A stretch of DNA of 64,000 bases, taken from IMG/VR virus record IMGVR_UViG_3300042453_001906, one strand, 5' to 3'. This document shows positions 41,180-50,764 of this stretch, one piece after another. Position numbers and translations under genes: made by a program. Under the pieces are notes generated by a model. It worked only from the letters and a program-made list of their open reading frames with translations, had not been told where the DNA came from and did not search any database. This stretch comes from an uncultured virus (IMG/VR IMGVR_UViG_3300042453_001906) (lineage: Duplodnaviria > Heunggongvirae > Uroviricota > Caudoviricetes). Within the stretch, counting starts at the first letter, position 1. Each line of letters opens with the position of its first letter.

Positions 41180-41877
41180 GCTATTCTGTTTCCGGTGTGT
41201 ATATTGTTATGGCTAAATGCTTCTTCCCGAGAAGGGCGTTTACCCGTTTGCAGTATTTCCCTGATGATATGGTTGTTGTGATTATGAATCAATCCGTATT
41301 TGTCTACTTGCCAACACAGGCTTTCAAACTCACGGCAGATTATTCTGTGTGGTATATTAAATTCCTTGACACGATTGAACAGTCGTTTTTCTGTTGAGAC
41401 AGTTCGTTCATGCGGATAATCAATTGCAAAGAAATTCGGTGTCAGTTTAGGCTTGAATACGATGAAATCGGCACAGAAAGAAATATTGCAATCAGCATGA
41501 TACGGATGATAGTCAAGTATCATCGCGTTATCCGTGTGCAATTCTTCTTCCAACAACTGAATCAGCGGTTTATCGTCTACGATGTAAACATCCGGCGTAA
41601 AATGAATGACATAATCGTAGTCTGAAAACTTGTGGAATGTCTCGCTTATGGACATGAACTGTCCACCAAACCATCCAGTATTGGTAGTCTTAACTATTTC
41701 TGTCTTACACTGATATTGGCATCTCTTTGCCAGTTCTTCAACGGAAATGTTTTCGTTGTTGCAGCATACAAGTACACTCGCATTTTGCTTCAAGAATTCA
41801 GACCTGTTGAAGAACTGGCTAGAGAGCGTATACTCCTCCAGTTGTCTATAAGAATTGTAATGAAGGAGTATCTTCAC
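41176..41877 (-). CDS. Putative GT-A-like protein
   Basis: YDYVIHFTPDVYI; position in the island. Confidence 0.45.
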   Translation of the reverse strand: MKILLHYNSYRQLEEYTLSSQFFNRSEFLKQNASVLVCCNNENISVEELAKRCQYQCKTEIVKTTNTGWFGGQFMSISETFHKFSDYDYVIHFTPDVYIVDDKPLIQLLEEELHTDNAMILDYHPYHADCNISFCADFIVFKPKLTPNFFAIDYPHERTVSTEKRLFNRVKEFNIPHRIICREFESLCWQVDKYGLIHNHNNHIIREILQTGKRPSREEAFSHNNIHTGNRIA

Positions 41878-41883
41878 GGTGCA

Positions 41884-42888
41884 TCACATCCATTCGGGGT
41901 TAGCAAGTGTCCAATCAATGTACCTCTTGAGACTATCCTGAAAATCAACAGGAGCCTTCCATCCTAGATTACGCAATTTCTCTCCGTCTAGTGCGTATCG
42001 TCTGTCGTGACCGGGACGACCTTGATGGAAATCAACCAATTCGTATTTCAGTTCCTTACCCATGATTTCAGAAATCATTTTTGCCATCTCTAGATTGTCT
42101 ATCTCTAGATCGCCAACAATATTGTAACGATCTGGTACTAGATTTTCTCCCTCGTTGTACAAACTGGGCTTGACATTTTGCAAGATGTACAAAACTGCCG
42201 AAGCAGCATTACGAGCGTGTAGATAGAAACGGGAACCAATATTCCCCACAGATCCATGAACTGTTACAGTTTCTCCATTGTTTATCTTGGAAATCAGTTG
42301 AGCCAAGTACTTCTCCTTGTCCTGACTTTCTCCAAAAATATTCATGGTGTTTGTTATTATCACTGGTAGATTGTATGTTCTCCAGTAAGAAATTGCTGTT
42401 GCTTCCTGACATGCTTTGGATGCACTGTATGGATTACTAGGAACAATAGAAGACCATTCTGCGTGGTTGACCTCTTCCGGTGCAACCCCATATACCTCAT
42501 CGGTTGAGAACTGCAAAAACACCTCGGGCTTTGTTTCTCTAGCAAATTCTAGCATATTGTATGCTAGCAAAGTATTCCCGATGATGAAATCTCCGGGGTG
42601 ATCTATCGACCGATTCACATGAGAATTAGAAGCGATGTTCAAGATGTAGTCCACTTTACCGATCATTTCTTTTGTATGCTCGGTGAATGGTGCTTCAAGA
42701 TCGTGAGTAAATACCGTAACTCTCTTGTTGTCCTGTCCTTCAAGTGCTAGTTTAATTCTTTCCGGTGTTCCCTTGTGTTTCCAAGAACACGGGCAAACAA
42801 AGTTCCAATCTGTATTTACCAGAAGATGTCGTAAAATATGAGAGCCGACAAAACCCGAAGCACCAGTTAGCAATACCTTTTTCATCAT
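41884..42888 (-). CDS. dTDP-glucose 4,6-dehydratase-like (RmlB)
   Basis: TGASGFVG, SHVNRSI, STDEVYG, PYSASKA, RPGHDRRYAL. Confidence 0.85.
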   Translation of the reverse strand: MMKKVLLTGASGFVGSHILRHLLVNTDWNFVCPCSWKHKGTPERIKLALEGQDNKRVTVFTHDLEAPFTEHTKEMIGKVDYILNIASNSHVNRSIDHPGDFIIGNTLLAYNMLEFARETKPEVFLQFSTDEVYGVAPEEVNHAEWSSIVPSNPYSASKACQEATAISYWRTYNLPVIITNTMNIFGESQDKEKYLAQLISKINNGETVTVHGSVGNIGSRFYLHARNAASAVLYILQNVKPSLYNEGENLVPDRYNIVGDLEIDNLEMAKMISEIMGKELKYELVDFHQGRPGHDRRYALDGEKLRNLGWKAPVDFQDSLKRYIDWTLANPEWM

Positions 42889-42916
42889 CAATCCTTTCTA
42901 TGAGACAATCAGTGGT

Positions 42917-43191
42917 TTATGTAAGCACAGGAGGGAAATTCGTTCCCGTAAAAGTCATTGTTGTCTGCTTGTTCGGTTCCATAATTTTTACCTTGGGCAG
43001 ACCACTACCGATCCAAAACTCTCTGTCGTATCTATGTCTGCTTTGCAACATCGCAATGTTTAATGTATTGATATACGATGATTTTGACCACCATATATTA
43101 CCAGAAAAATGTGGAGGAGCGTCTGTTGAAACTTTTGAGGTTTTCCACAAACAACTAACGCAATCATGCGTATCCAAATCTTGAATTTCAT
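42917..43191 (-). pseudogene. Truncated paralog of the C-terminal half of the upstream gene
   Basis: DLDTHDC..CLW..PPHFSG..WW..DREFWIGS..PKVK is repeated; the coupled ATG start is out of frame with the homology. Confidence 0.6.
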
Positions 43192-43880
43192 TCTGCATAA
43201 TCCTCTGAAAGCAACAGATTGCTGCCATGAAACCATCCGCCGTATTCGGGTGAGCAATCTTTTTTGTATGCCTTGACCTTTGGGTTTGCGCTTCCAATCC
43301 AAAATTCACGATCTGTTCTTTCTGCTGTGTTCAGCAGTGAGTGGTCTAGTTTACACACATAATCGGAGTTTGCCCACCAAAAAGTTCCAGAAAAATGTGG
43401 TGGATAGTGGGTCGATGGGCGAGATCCCGGAGGAAAAACCGGAATCTGATTTTGCGAAACCCAAAGACATCCAGCGCAATCGTGTGTATCCAAATCAGCA
43501 ACACAATCCCTCCACTTATGCACACAGAAATATTCCATGTACAGTCTCCAACAGTTGTGAGTTAGATTGTTTCGTGTTACTCCCTTGCTGTGGATGTACA
43601 AGATTTTCTTTCCGGGATTAGATTCACAAAAATCCTTTAGCATTCGAAGTGTAGGAGTTTCCTCACGCCACTCTTGCGGAGCGTGATGTGTATTGGATGC
43701 TTTTTTAGGCAGATATGGTATCGACATATCGCCATTTATACCTACATGAAATCCATCACACTCACGAACCAATCCACTCAAGCACATGGAGTGTATCTGT
43801 TCCTGAACCAACAATTCCCAATTGTTTATTTGAGTTATGTGATAGAAAACATGAATACCCGAGGACATTTTATTTTCCAT
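43188..43880 (-). CDS. Putative glycosyltransferase-like protein
   Basis: HVFYHI, LYIHSKGV, WRLYMEYF, HFSGTFWWANSDY motifs of a family seen in viral glycan clusters. Confidence 0.55.
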   Translation of the reverse strand: MENKMSSGIHVFYHITQINNWELLVQEQIHSMCLSGLVRECDGFHVGINGDMSIPYLPKKASNTHHAPQEWREETPTLRMLKDFCESNPGKKILYIHSKGVTRNNLTHNCWRLYMEYFCVHKWRDCVADLDTHDCAGCLWVSQNQIPVFPPGSRPSTHYPPHFSGTFWWANSDYVCKLDHSLLNTAERTDREFWIGSANPKVKAYKKDCSPEYGGWFHGSNLLLSEDYAE

Positions 43881-44490
43881 TGTTGTGAAAATTACAAAGC
43901 GTTTCTAGATTTTTAAATACTTCTTCTGATCTAGTAAACACACCCAATCCTGCCGATCCTCGCATGTTCATCTTGAATCCATCTAGTTCGTTGAAAAACT
44001 TTCCCACAGTATGATGATAGGATTCTGTATCGTGAAAAAGAATGACGGAATCTTTGTTGCAGAACGAAGACCATGTTTGATAATCATTCTTGACTGCTTC
44101 ATATGTGTGCAGACCATCAATATGCAGAAGGTCTATAGGCAAATTCCATGTCTTTGCAACATTATCAAAAAATCCGCGAATTATTTCCACATTGATCGGT
44201 TCCATGTTGTGATTTATCTTGGATACAAAATCGCAAACAAATTTATGATTGTCTCTTATTCCTGTTTGTGGATCACCTTCGAATGAATCAATCCCATACA
44301 CCTTTCCGATACGAGGGTACGCAAAACAGAAAGTAGAAAACCCGAAATCAACACCAAGGTCAACTGTAGTAGCAGGATTTAGCATATTCACCAAATCTAT
44401 GGCAAAATTGGCATGACCCTTCCATGCACTGTCAATTTCATCTATAAATTGTAGATAGTTTGTGCGATCATTCATTTTTTCAATATCCAT
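43870..44490 (-). CDS. Class I SAM methyltransferase (Methyltransf_24-like)
   Basis: VDLGVDFGFS, GIDSFEGD, IDLLHIDGLHTYEAV, FHDT. Confidence 0.85.
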   Translation of the reverse strand: MDIEKMNDRTNYLQFIDEIDSAWKGHANFAIDLVNMLNPATTVDLGVDFGFSTFCFAYPRIGKVYGIDSFEGDPQTGIRDNHKFVCDFVSKINHNMEPINVEIIRGFFDNVAKTWNLPIDLLHIDGLHTYEAVKNDYQTWSSFCNKDSVILFHDTESYHHTVGKFFNELDGFKMNMRGSAGLGVFTRSEEVFKNLETLCNFHNNGK

Positions 44491-45184
44491 AATCGTCCTC
44501 TATCGGTAAGATGTTTGCGTATTCTGCTCGGCAATCGTACTGTCGGTTTATCAAATCCAATCGCCCATTAACTATATGATTACAAGTGTCCTCAAACAAA
44601 TCAACATTTTTATTGTATCTGGTTTGGAAGAGATGATATGTTTTGTTGTCGTATATTGTTCCTATTCCGTAGTATCCATAACCCGAAAGCCTCCAAATTC
44701 CTCCCTGTGGGATGGATTGGAATGTGCTAGGAAACCACATCTTCAATCGCTTTTCTCTTTCTATTGCACTACGAGTCCACTCTTGAGCGGTATCATTTCT
44801 TCGTACAGCGTTAAGAGTGGCACTAGGCATCCCAATGCTGTTGTAGAAGTCCCTGCTAATTACCAAGAAAGAAGGGGCGCAATAGATGTCATGCTTGGCT
44901 TTGATGCAATTGGTGACTTGTGCATTCCCAACCAAATATCCGTTCTCACAAAACTTAATAGACTCCATTACGGCATCGTAACTAAGTGGAACACAATCTC
45001 CGTCCATAAAAACATAGATGTCGGATTTGACCGTATTCATAATTTGGTCAATCCACTTTCCGTGTTCTATAGTCTGAACAGTTACATTTAAACGAAGACC
45101 GAAATGGTCAAGCACCTTCATCTGATTTTTTACTATGCGAGGATTGTTGTTTTCCCACCGAAGACTATGGATACTGACTTTCAT
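44480..45184 (-). CDS. Putative GT-A glycosyltransferase
   Basis: VFMDGDCVP (DxD); DTAQ; YHLFQ. Confidence 0.55.
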   Translation of the reverse strand: MKVSIHSLRWENNNPRIVKNQMKVLDHFGLRLNVTVQTIEHGKWIDQIMNTVKSDIYVFMDGDCVPLSYDAVMESIKFCENGYLVGNAQVTNCIKAKHDIYCAPSFLVISRDFYNSIGMPSATLNAVRRNDTAQEWTRSAIEREKRLKMWFPSTFQSIPQGGIWRLSGYGYYGIGTIYDNKTYHLFQTRYNKNVDLFEDTCNHIVNGRLDLINRQYDCRAEYANILPIEDDYGY

Positions 45185-45192
45185 ATTATGTC

Positions 45193-45915
45193 CTATCTCA
45201 ATGTACTTTTGAAAATTCCGTGTTCGGAGCCTTGTCTCACGAGACTTGGTTCCCACCAATACACCTGATGGTTGTGCAGATGGTGCTGATACGATATTTC
45301 CCAATCTGCTGCAAGATTAAACGGAAACCATGTTCGAGCAAGATCAGCGGCTGCTTTTCTTTTTATGATTATGGAATCCGTACATCTTGAAGCAGGGTGA
45401 CTCATTAGATATGAGGTCTTGTTTGGGCTGATGGGAATCCCGTGGATTGTTTGCGGAGTAAGCCCAGCACCGCTTCCAAAATAAATCACATCCCAATCGC
45501 TTGGTGTGTTTTCAAGATAGTTTTTGAAATGATGTTCAAAGTTCTCACATAGTACAACATCATCTTCAAAAAGCAAGAAATACTCATCATCACTAGAAGC
45601 AAACTGCTCAAACAGTTTACCGTACTTCACCGCCAGAGAAATCTCTCCCATATTAAGTTCGCGTAGAGTAGACCGCGCATTTGGGATGATGCGTTCATAT
45701 ATTGAGGTTTTTTCCCTTACACGATCTGGCTCGTCCTTCATTCTTCCGCAGTACTTGCGAACATCTTCGTTTGTCAGTTCGTTTCCGTCGTAGTCGGTAA
45801 AGAAAGAGTAATTCGTGAACCCGTGCTTTTCCATCTGCCGGATCATGTTCTGCTTCCGGTCAGCAAGTGGCTTGTAATGCAATATGGTTGTCTTGATGTC
45901 TATGGACACGATCAC
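45193..45915 (-). CDS. GT25-like glycosyltransferase
   Basis: DRKQNM, GEISL, LLFEDDV, DWDVIYFG, AAD, PSLVRQ. Confidence 0.75.
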   Translation of the reverse strand: MIVSIDIKTTILHYKPLADRKQNMIRQMEKHGFTNYSFFTDYDGNELTNEDVRKYCGRMKDEPDRVREKTSIYERIIPNARSTLRELNMGEISLAVKYGKLFEQFASSDDEYFLLFEDDVVLCENFEHHFKNYLENTPSDWDVIYFGSGAGLTPQTIHGIPISPNKTSYLMSHPASRCTDSIIIKRKAAADLARTWFPFNLAADWEISYQHHLHNHQVYWWEPSLVRQGSEHGIFKSTLR

Positions 45916-46604
45916 ACCTTCTTTGCTAGAACCCAAGTCTGAGCCTGACACACGGGATCGTACTTCAACTTTCCGTTCTCGTCAAGCACTTGCTTGTAGT
46001 TTGGCCAATCTCCGTGGGTAAAAATGTAGTCGATGTACTTCTTGTTGCCCCAATATCCGCATTCACACACCTCAAATCCACAGGACTCCATGAGCGCACA
46101 CAGTCCAGTTGGTGTGAGTCCGTTGAAGTGAACAGGTGTCAGGTGAGGAATGTTTATGGTGGGAACGGTAGTGTACACATAGCCACCGTCCTTCAGGTGT
46201 TCTCTGATTCGATTCATGGCAAGAATCGGGGTATGGAGATGTTCTATGGTCTGATTGAATATGGCAAAATCATTGTCCTTCTTGGGAACATCAAATGTGT
46301 GCAGATCATGGGGAGGGTAGTACACCCCGGTCATTTTCTTGTACTGAATATATCGCAGTTCGGGATCAGAAGGGCAGGTAGTAAGCAGGCTGTCGCCTTG
46401 GTCTATTCCGTACTTCTTTACCCACTCCTTGAAATCAATAATTGAAACCACCCGTGGGGGATCCATTCGGCTGTACGCGGACAACTCTTCGGGACTCAGT
46501 GCAGCAGTCAGGTCTTCAAACCTCTGAAAGTACGCTGCGTCCTTTACGACACACTCTTCGTACAGGTCTTGAATATATTCGTTGTTCAGTATGTTCAGGT
46601 GCAT
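45912..46604 (-). CDS. SAM-dependent methyltransferase-like protein
   Basis: NQTIEHL..P..LKDGGYVYTTVP; motif I degenerate. Confidence 0.6.
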   Translation of the reverse strand: MHLNILNNEYIQDLYEECVVKDAAYFQRFEDLTAALSPEELSAYSRMDPPRVVSIIDFKEWVKKYGIDQGDSLLTTCPSDPELRYIQYKKMTGVYYPPHDLHTFDVPKKDNDFAIFNQTIEHLHTPILAMNRIREHLKDGGYVYTTVPTINIPHLTPVHFNGLTPTGLCALMESCGFEVCECGYWGNKKYIDYIFTHGDWPNYKQVLDENGKLKYDPVCQAQTWVLAKKV

Positions 46605-46605
46605 T

Positions 46606-47424
46606 TCATTGTCCTTTCTTCATTTTGTCTATCCACCACGATACGGTAAGCATTTCAGTTTTCCACTGTCTGTTTGAGTACTCCGCATATGTCCTGTCCA
46701 ACAAGTCTTTGGTTAGTTCCCTGTAGTCATCAACAAACAGAACAGGCAGATTACCCTCAAGCGGACGGTGAGTCAAATGGCGTTTCACCACGGGAATCAC
46801 ACCGCAATACAAGGCTTCCCATAGCCTGTGGGTGTCCACCCCGTTTCCTCGGGGGCACAGCACGAACTTGTGATCCAAAAGTTCTGCCTTGTACCGTTCA
46901 ATCTCCCCCTTTGAGTACGGCTTCTTTACCGTACACCACGATTCATTTGAAAAATGCGGATACAGCCATTCCCGTTCTGTTGGAAAGTTTTCCACCCGAT
47001 GATTCACATACAGGAGTTTTGACGGATTGCCGCGCTCAAAATCCTTGCCTTTCATGGTAATGGGGCAGTATGTGTTTGCGATTCCAATGGGAACCGGGCT
47101 GGCTGTTTCTGTTGAGCAGTTCATACCGTACCACTTCACGGGTCGATCTGCAAACAGTTGGGTCATTTCGTGGGTCACCGGATAATCACTGTCGTGGGTC
47201 AGCACGGTAAACGGAACATGCGTGGGAACATATTGCTTTACGACATCGTGAAATGCCATAATGTAATCGGTCTTGCAAAACACCAATTCTCCACCGCTGA
47301 AAGCAGGAGCATATTTTGCAAATACCGGAACCGCGCCTGTTCCCGTGTCCTGCATCTGCGAAAAAACATAATCGCACCTTGCAGCAAGATTCTGTCCGGT
47401 GATTATTTCTTCAGATGGAGCCAT
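46606..47424 (-). CDS. Exostosin (GT47)-like glycosyltransferase
   Basis: KFVLCPRGNGVDTHRLWEALYCGVIPVV. Confidence 0.7.
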   Translation of the reverse strand: MAPSEEIITGQNLAARCDYVFSQMQDTGTGAVPVFAKYAPAFSGGELVFCKTDYIMAFHDVVKQYVPTHVPFTVLTHDSDYPVTHEMTQLFADRPVKWYGMNCSTETASPVPIGIANTYCPITMKGKDFERGNPSKLLYVNHRVENFPTEREWLYPHFSNESWCTVKKPYSKGEIERYKAELLDHKFVLCPRGNGVDTHRLWEALYCGVIPVVKRHLTHRPLEGNLPVLFVDDYRELTKDLLDRTYAEYSNRQWKTEMLTVSWWIDKMKKGQ

Positions 47425-48217
47425 CAATTTTTCCGTGATGCAAGGTCAGAACTTCAAGAACGGAATCACGATTTTGTGAGAACGGACGGAGCGAGTGGCA
47501 GTCCACGAAACGGTCGGTCGCTGTCCCCGCGATCTGCTTGCACCGATCCCAATCAGAACGATCAAATCTGCGTCCAAACAGACCCTTGGTGTACATCTTT
47601 ACTGATCCTTCCGTGCCCTTCTTTCGTAAAACTGCGGTGGTGTAGTCTTCTTCTGCTCCCCAATTATTCATACCCTTCAGGTGTTCTGCCCACCTAGACT
47701 GATCCTTTCCGAGATTCATGGAATGCAGTCTTCGTATTTCATCTTCCCATGAGTCCATCATGTCGAAAATCACAGGGAATTGCTTGCCGTAATTCACATG
47801 GTAGCAGACTGTGAGATTGCAGTTTCCCGCAATCCAGTCTTCGTATCTTCCAGTTACCCCGTTTCCGTTCAGGTGAACATGCCAGTTCCCGTCAGCGGCA
47901 AATTCGTCCATGAAATAGCCCCGATTCAGGGGATACATGTCGATGTCGCTTGTCATGCACACCGATTCCGGGAACATACGGGCAAAAAAGAAGCGCGACC
48001 ACTGTGTTTGCAAGTACTCGGGAACACCGTCAACGGTCTTCACCCGGATCACTTCGCCCCACCGATCATCAATCTGTGCTGCGTCAGGATCGTTGTCGAT
48101 GTATACTAGAACGGGATCGGCTCCCATCTTTTCCTTCCACACATACGAAAACGACTTCCAAAAATCAAAGTACAACGGATTGGAATTGGTTGATACTATG
48201 ACCTTCTCAATTTTCAT
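47411..48217 (-). CDS. Putative GT-A-like protein
   Basis: NPLYFDFW, QWSR, TSDIDMYPL (DxD), DCHSLRP. Confidence 0.5.
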   Translation of the reverse strand: MKIEKVIVSTNSNPLYFDFWKSFSYVWKEKMGADPVLVYIDNDPDAAQIDDRWGEVIRVKTVDGVPEYLQTQWSRFFFARMFPESVCMTSDIDMYPLNRGYFMDEFAADGNWHVHLNGNGVTGRYEDWIAGNCNLTVCYHVNYGKQFPVIFDMMDSWEDEIRRLHSMNLGKDQSRWAEHLKGMNNWGAEEDYTTAVLRKKGTEGSVKMYTKGLFGRRFDRSDWDRCKQIAGTATDRFVDCHSLRPFSQNRDSVLEVLTLHHGKIDGSI

Positions 48218-48927
48218 CGCGGATCTCGTGTGTGGTTAATGAACACATCAGCCTCGGTGGTTTCCTTGTGGTGCAGACCCCACTGTGTTGGGTCAGGGAG
48301 TGTAGCAACCCGGTGCTTCTTTGTCAAGACGCTCCAGATGGATTGATCGTGTCTGTTGTCTTGGAATCCCGGCTCCACCCATCCGTCCACATTTGGTTCG
48401 TCCGTTATGAGGTGGGGATTGCAGCACAGATTCAGGTATTCACGAACGAGTGCCTTTGCAAATGCCGTTCCACGGAACACCATGAAACTTGCCATGCGCT
48501 GCGGAGTATCAGTGTACTCTGCTGTCTCTGCGCCAATTGTTCTGAACACATCGCGCTTTGTCCAATGCTTTTCGGTGTGCCCACCGGACATGTTGAATGC
48601 CATGACCCCATTGAAGTCTTTTCGAACCGCTTGGAATACAGGTTCCATGTTCCTGACAAAGAACGAACCCGAATCAGCGTAGAACAGGGTGTCTGTTTCG
48701 TTGATGTTCCAAATCAGTCGGTCAAGGAAATACGGCTTCCACAGCCAGTACCCCACGCCGCGCTTCTGAGTCAGTATGGTTTCGTGTTCATTCTTGAAAT
48801 TGCGATCAATATCGGCATCGCTCATCTGATACACGACATTGAATCCTGCTGCCAATCCTGTTTGACTGTTGTACACCTGAGATTGACGGAATCGGTTTCC
48901 GCTTGCATAATTTAATAGTATGTTCAT
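48214..48927 (-). CDS. Putative glycosyltransferase-like protein
   Basis: RGVGYWLWKPY, YADSG, RHDQSIWS. Confidence 0.55.
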   Translation of the reverse strand: MNILLNYASGNRFRQSQVYNSQTGLAAGFNVVYQMSDADIDRNFKNEHETILTQKRGVGYWLWKPYFLDRLIWNINETDTLFYADSGSFFVRNMEPVFQAVRKDFNGVMAFNMSGGHTEKHWTKRDVFRTIGAETAEYTDTPQRMASFMVFRGTAFAKALVREYLNLCCNPHLITDEPNVDGWVEPGFQDNRHDQSIWSVLTKKHRVATLPDPTQWGLHHKETTEADVFINHTRDPR

Positions 48928-49568
48928 TCGTTTCCTTGTGGTACGAGTGAAGTTGTGGTCTTTGAGTTGTAGATGTATCCGTGGAGTTCGTCTTCGATGT
49001 GGTATTCGGTCTGCACCTTTGGATACAGACGCATGAGCCAATCAAAATCCTCGCCGTAAGACTGACCGTTTGCGCCTATCATGGGTCGGAAAGACTCGCT
49101 CTGTGCAACGCTTGCCTTCCACACGCACATATGGTAAGGAGGTCGCTTGATGTCAACCAAGAACCCCTCGGCATCACGATACAGACCGGAGTGTGGATTT
49201 CCGATGCCGAAACTAACGGTCATTGGTTCACCGTCTATGCTGCACCATTGGTCAAATGTAATGCAATCCACTCCGGGGTTCTTGTCAATTGCTTCAAGAA
49301 TCTTGCTGATGTACTCCTTGTTGATGGCATCGTCATCGTCCAAGAACGCAAGATATTGTCCCCGTGCCGCTGCCAACAGCACATTTCTCTTTTCAGAAAT
49401 GGTCTGTGAGCGATTATCCAAGAACGCAAGAATCTCAACGGACTTGCCTTGTCCAGTTGCGTCTGCCTGTTCCTGCAACTGCTTCAAGGCAGCAGTCAGA
49501 GATTCGATTCGTGAGGGGATGGAAAGGATGAGTACACTTAACTTGATTTCAGATTCGGGCACTGGCAT
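48924..49568 (-). CDS. GT2 glycosyltransferase
   Basis: LSVLILS, KRNVLL..ARGQYLAFLDDDD, GEDFDW. Confidence 0.8.
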   Translation of the reverse strand: MPVPESEIKLSVLILSIPSRIESLTAALKQLQEQADATGQGKSVEILAFLDNRSQTISEKRNVLLAAARGQYLAFLDDDDAINKEYISKILEAIDKNPGVDCITFDQWCSIDGEPMTVSFGIGNPHSGLYRDAEGFLVDIKRPPYHMCVWKASVAQSESFRPMIGANGQSYGEDFDWLMRLYPKVQTEYHIEDELHGYIYNSKTTTSLVPQGNE

Positions 49569-50256
49569 TGAACATAGTCTCCATGTCGAATTTATTGGCG
49601 GCTCTGCGCTTGAAAGTCTCACCGTCCACTCCGTACATCTCCGCGTTTTCATTACGAGCGTGGAGAGTGTCAAACGGTTCGGATGTCCACTGATGCTGAA
49701 TAATGCAGATGTCGCAACGGCGCAGTTTTCCGAGAGCAGCACACACCTGTGTCTGCTCGTTGTCACAGTACAGCGACTTGTACTCGGGGTTGTAGATGTA
49801 TCCGAATTGCTTGTATAGCGGGAAGCCCATGACCGTCAAGGTCATAAGAGGGTCTTCCTTTGGGCGCAACCCGTCCCAGAACTTGATTGCTCCATTGAAA
49901 TCCGGGAATGCCTGAGCAAAGCACTTGAAAATGATGTCATCGTATCCCATCTGCACGGGAACCATGTCATCAGATGCAAGCAGCAGCACATCCCCGTCCA
50001 CCCCCTCAAGATTGGCATTACAAGCCTCAATCTTGCTCTTGGAATGACCATAGAAGCACTCTATCTGTGCATTACGGGCACGGCTAGAAATCCACTGCTG
50101 CATTTCCGGGTTATTCATGGTCTTGTCGTCTTCATCCATTGTAATGATGAAACGCACATCGTGTTGACCGCTGAGAAAGGTCAAGTAGCGAGTGAAAACA
50201 GCCTTGAATTTGTCCGGGCGGTTGCGAGTAGGAAACTTAATCACCAGTTTGCTCAT
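49549..50256 (-). CDS. GT2-like glycosyltransferase
   Basis: PTRNRP, MDEDD, ASDDM, YCDNE, HQW. Confidence 0.7.
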   Translation of the reverse strand: MSKLVIKFPTRNRPDKFKAVFTRYLTFLSGQHDVRFIITMDEDDKTMNNPEMQQWISSRARNAQIECFYGHSKSKIEACNANLEGVDGDVLLLASDDMVPVQMGYDDIIFKCFAQAFPDFNGAIKFWDGLRPKEDPLMTLTVMGFPLYKQFGYIYNPEYKSLYCDNEQTQVCAALGKLRRCDICIIQHQWTSEPFDTLHARNENAEMYGVDGETFKRRAANKFDMETMFNASARI

Positions 50257-50272
50257 TACGAATATCTCCTGT

Positions 50273-50713
50273 TCAGTCTTCGGGTTTGTGTCCGGGTTTG
50301 CTTCGCCCTATGTGGTATTTAGGGCACAGTTCCCAATCGCCCTTTTCTTTATGGGGCAGTATCTTTATTTTGTTTAGGGGAACCTTGTCCACTATCTTGT
50401 TCTTGTCCACAATCTTCAACAGACCCCACTCCTCAAGCAGACACGCAATGGTGTTGCGCCGCCCGATGTCTTCGGAGTCGATGGAGGTAGGTAGATCGTC
50501 TAGAGCAAACATCTCCTTGAAGTGGACAATGTAATACTTGCCACGCTTGTGTAGAATATGGCAAGACTGCCACAGTTTCTTTTCTTTGCGAGAGGATACC
50601 CCGATACGAGTCAGGGTTTCACGAACCTTCAGGAAGTCATCCGGTTTCGCAATAGTTACTTCAAGAAGGTCTTTGGGTTCAAGATCAATGTATCGTTCGT
50701 TTGGTTGTTCCAT
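50273..50713 (-). CDS. regA: Translational repressor RegA
   Basis: DDFLKVRETLTRIGV..QSCHILHKRGKYYIVHFKEMFALD. Confidence 0.97.
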   Translation of the reverse strand: MEQPNERYIDLEPKDLLEVTIAKPDDFLKVRETLTRIGVSSRKEKKLWQSCHILHKRGKYYIVHFKEMFALDDLPTSIDSEDIGRRNTIACLLEEWGLLKIVDKNKIVDKVPLNKIKILPHKEKGDWELCPKYHIGRSKPGHKPED

Positions 50714-50753
50714 GCCTATACCACTTTCTGTGAATTACAGTGAGACACGGAAC

Positions 50754-50760
50754 TATTTAG
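50754..50760 (-). promoter_or_regulatory. Putative late promoter (CTAAATA) upstream of regA and the GT island
   Basis: Motif match in the intergenic gap. Confidence 0.5.
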
Positions 50761-50764
50761 TTTG

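Noticed and set aside
42917..43500. Duplicated segment as a DGR template/variable repeat pair
   Set aside because: Differences are not adenine-specific, many are synonymous, and no reverse transcriptase is seen in the window
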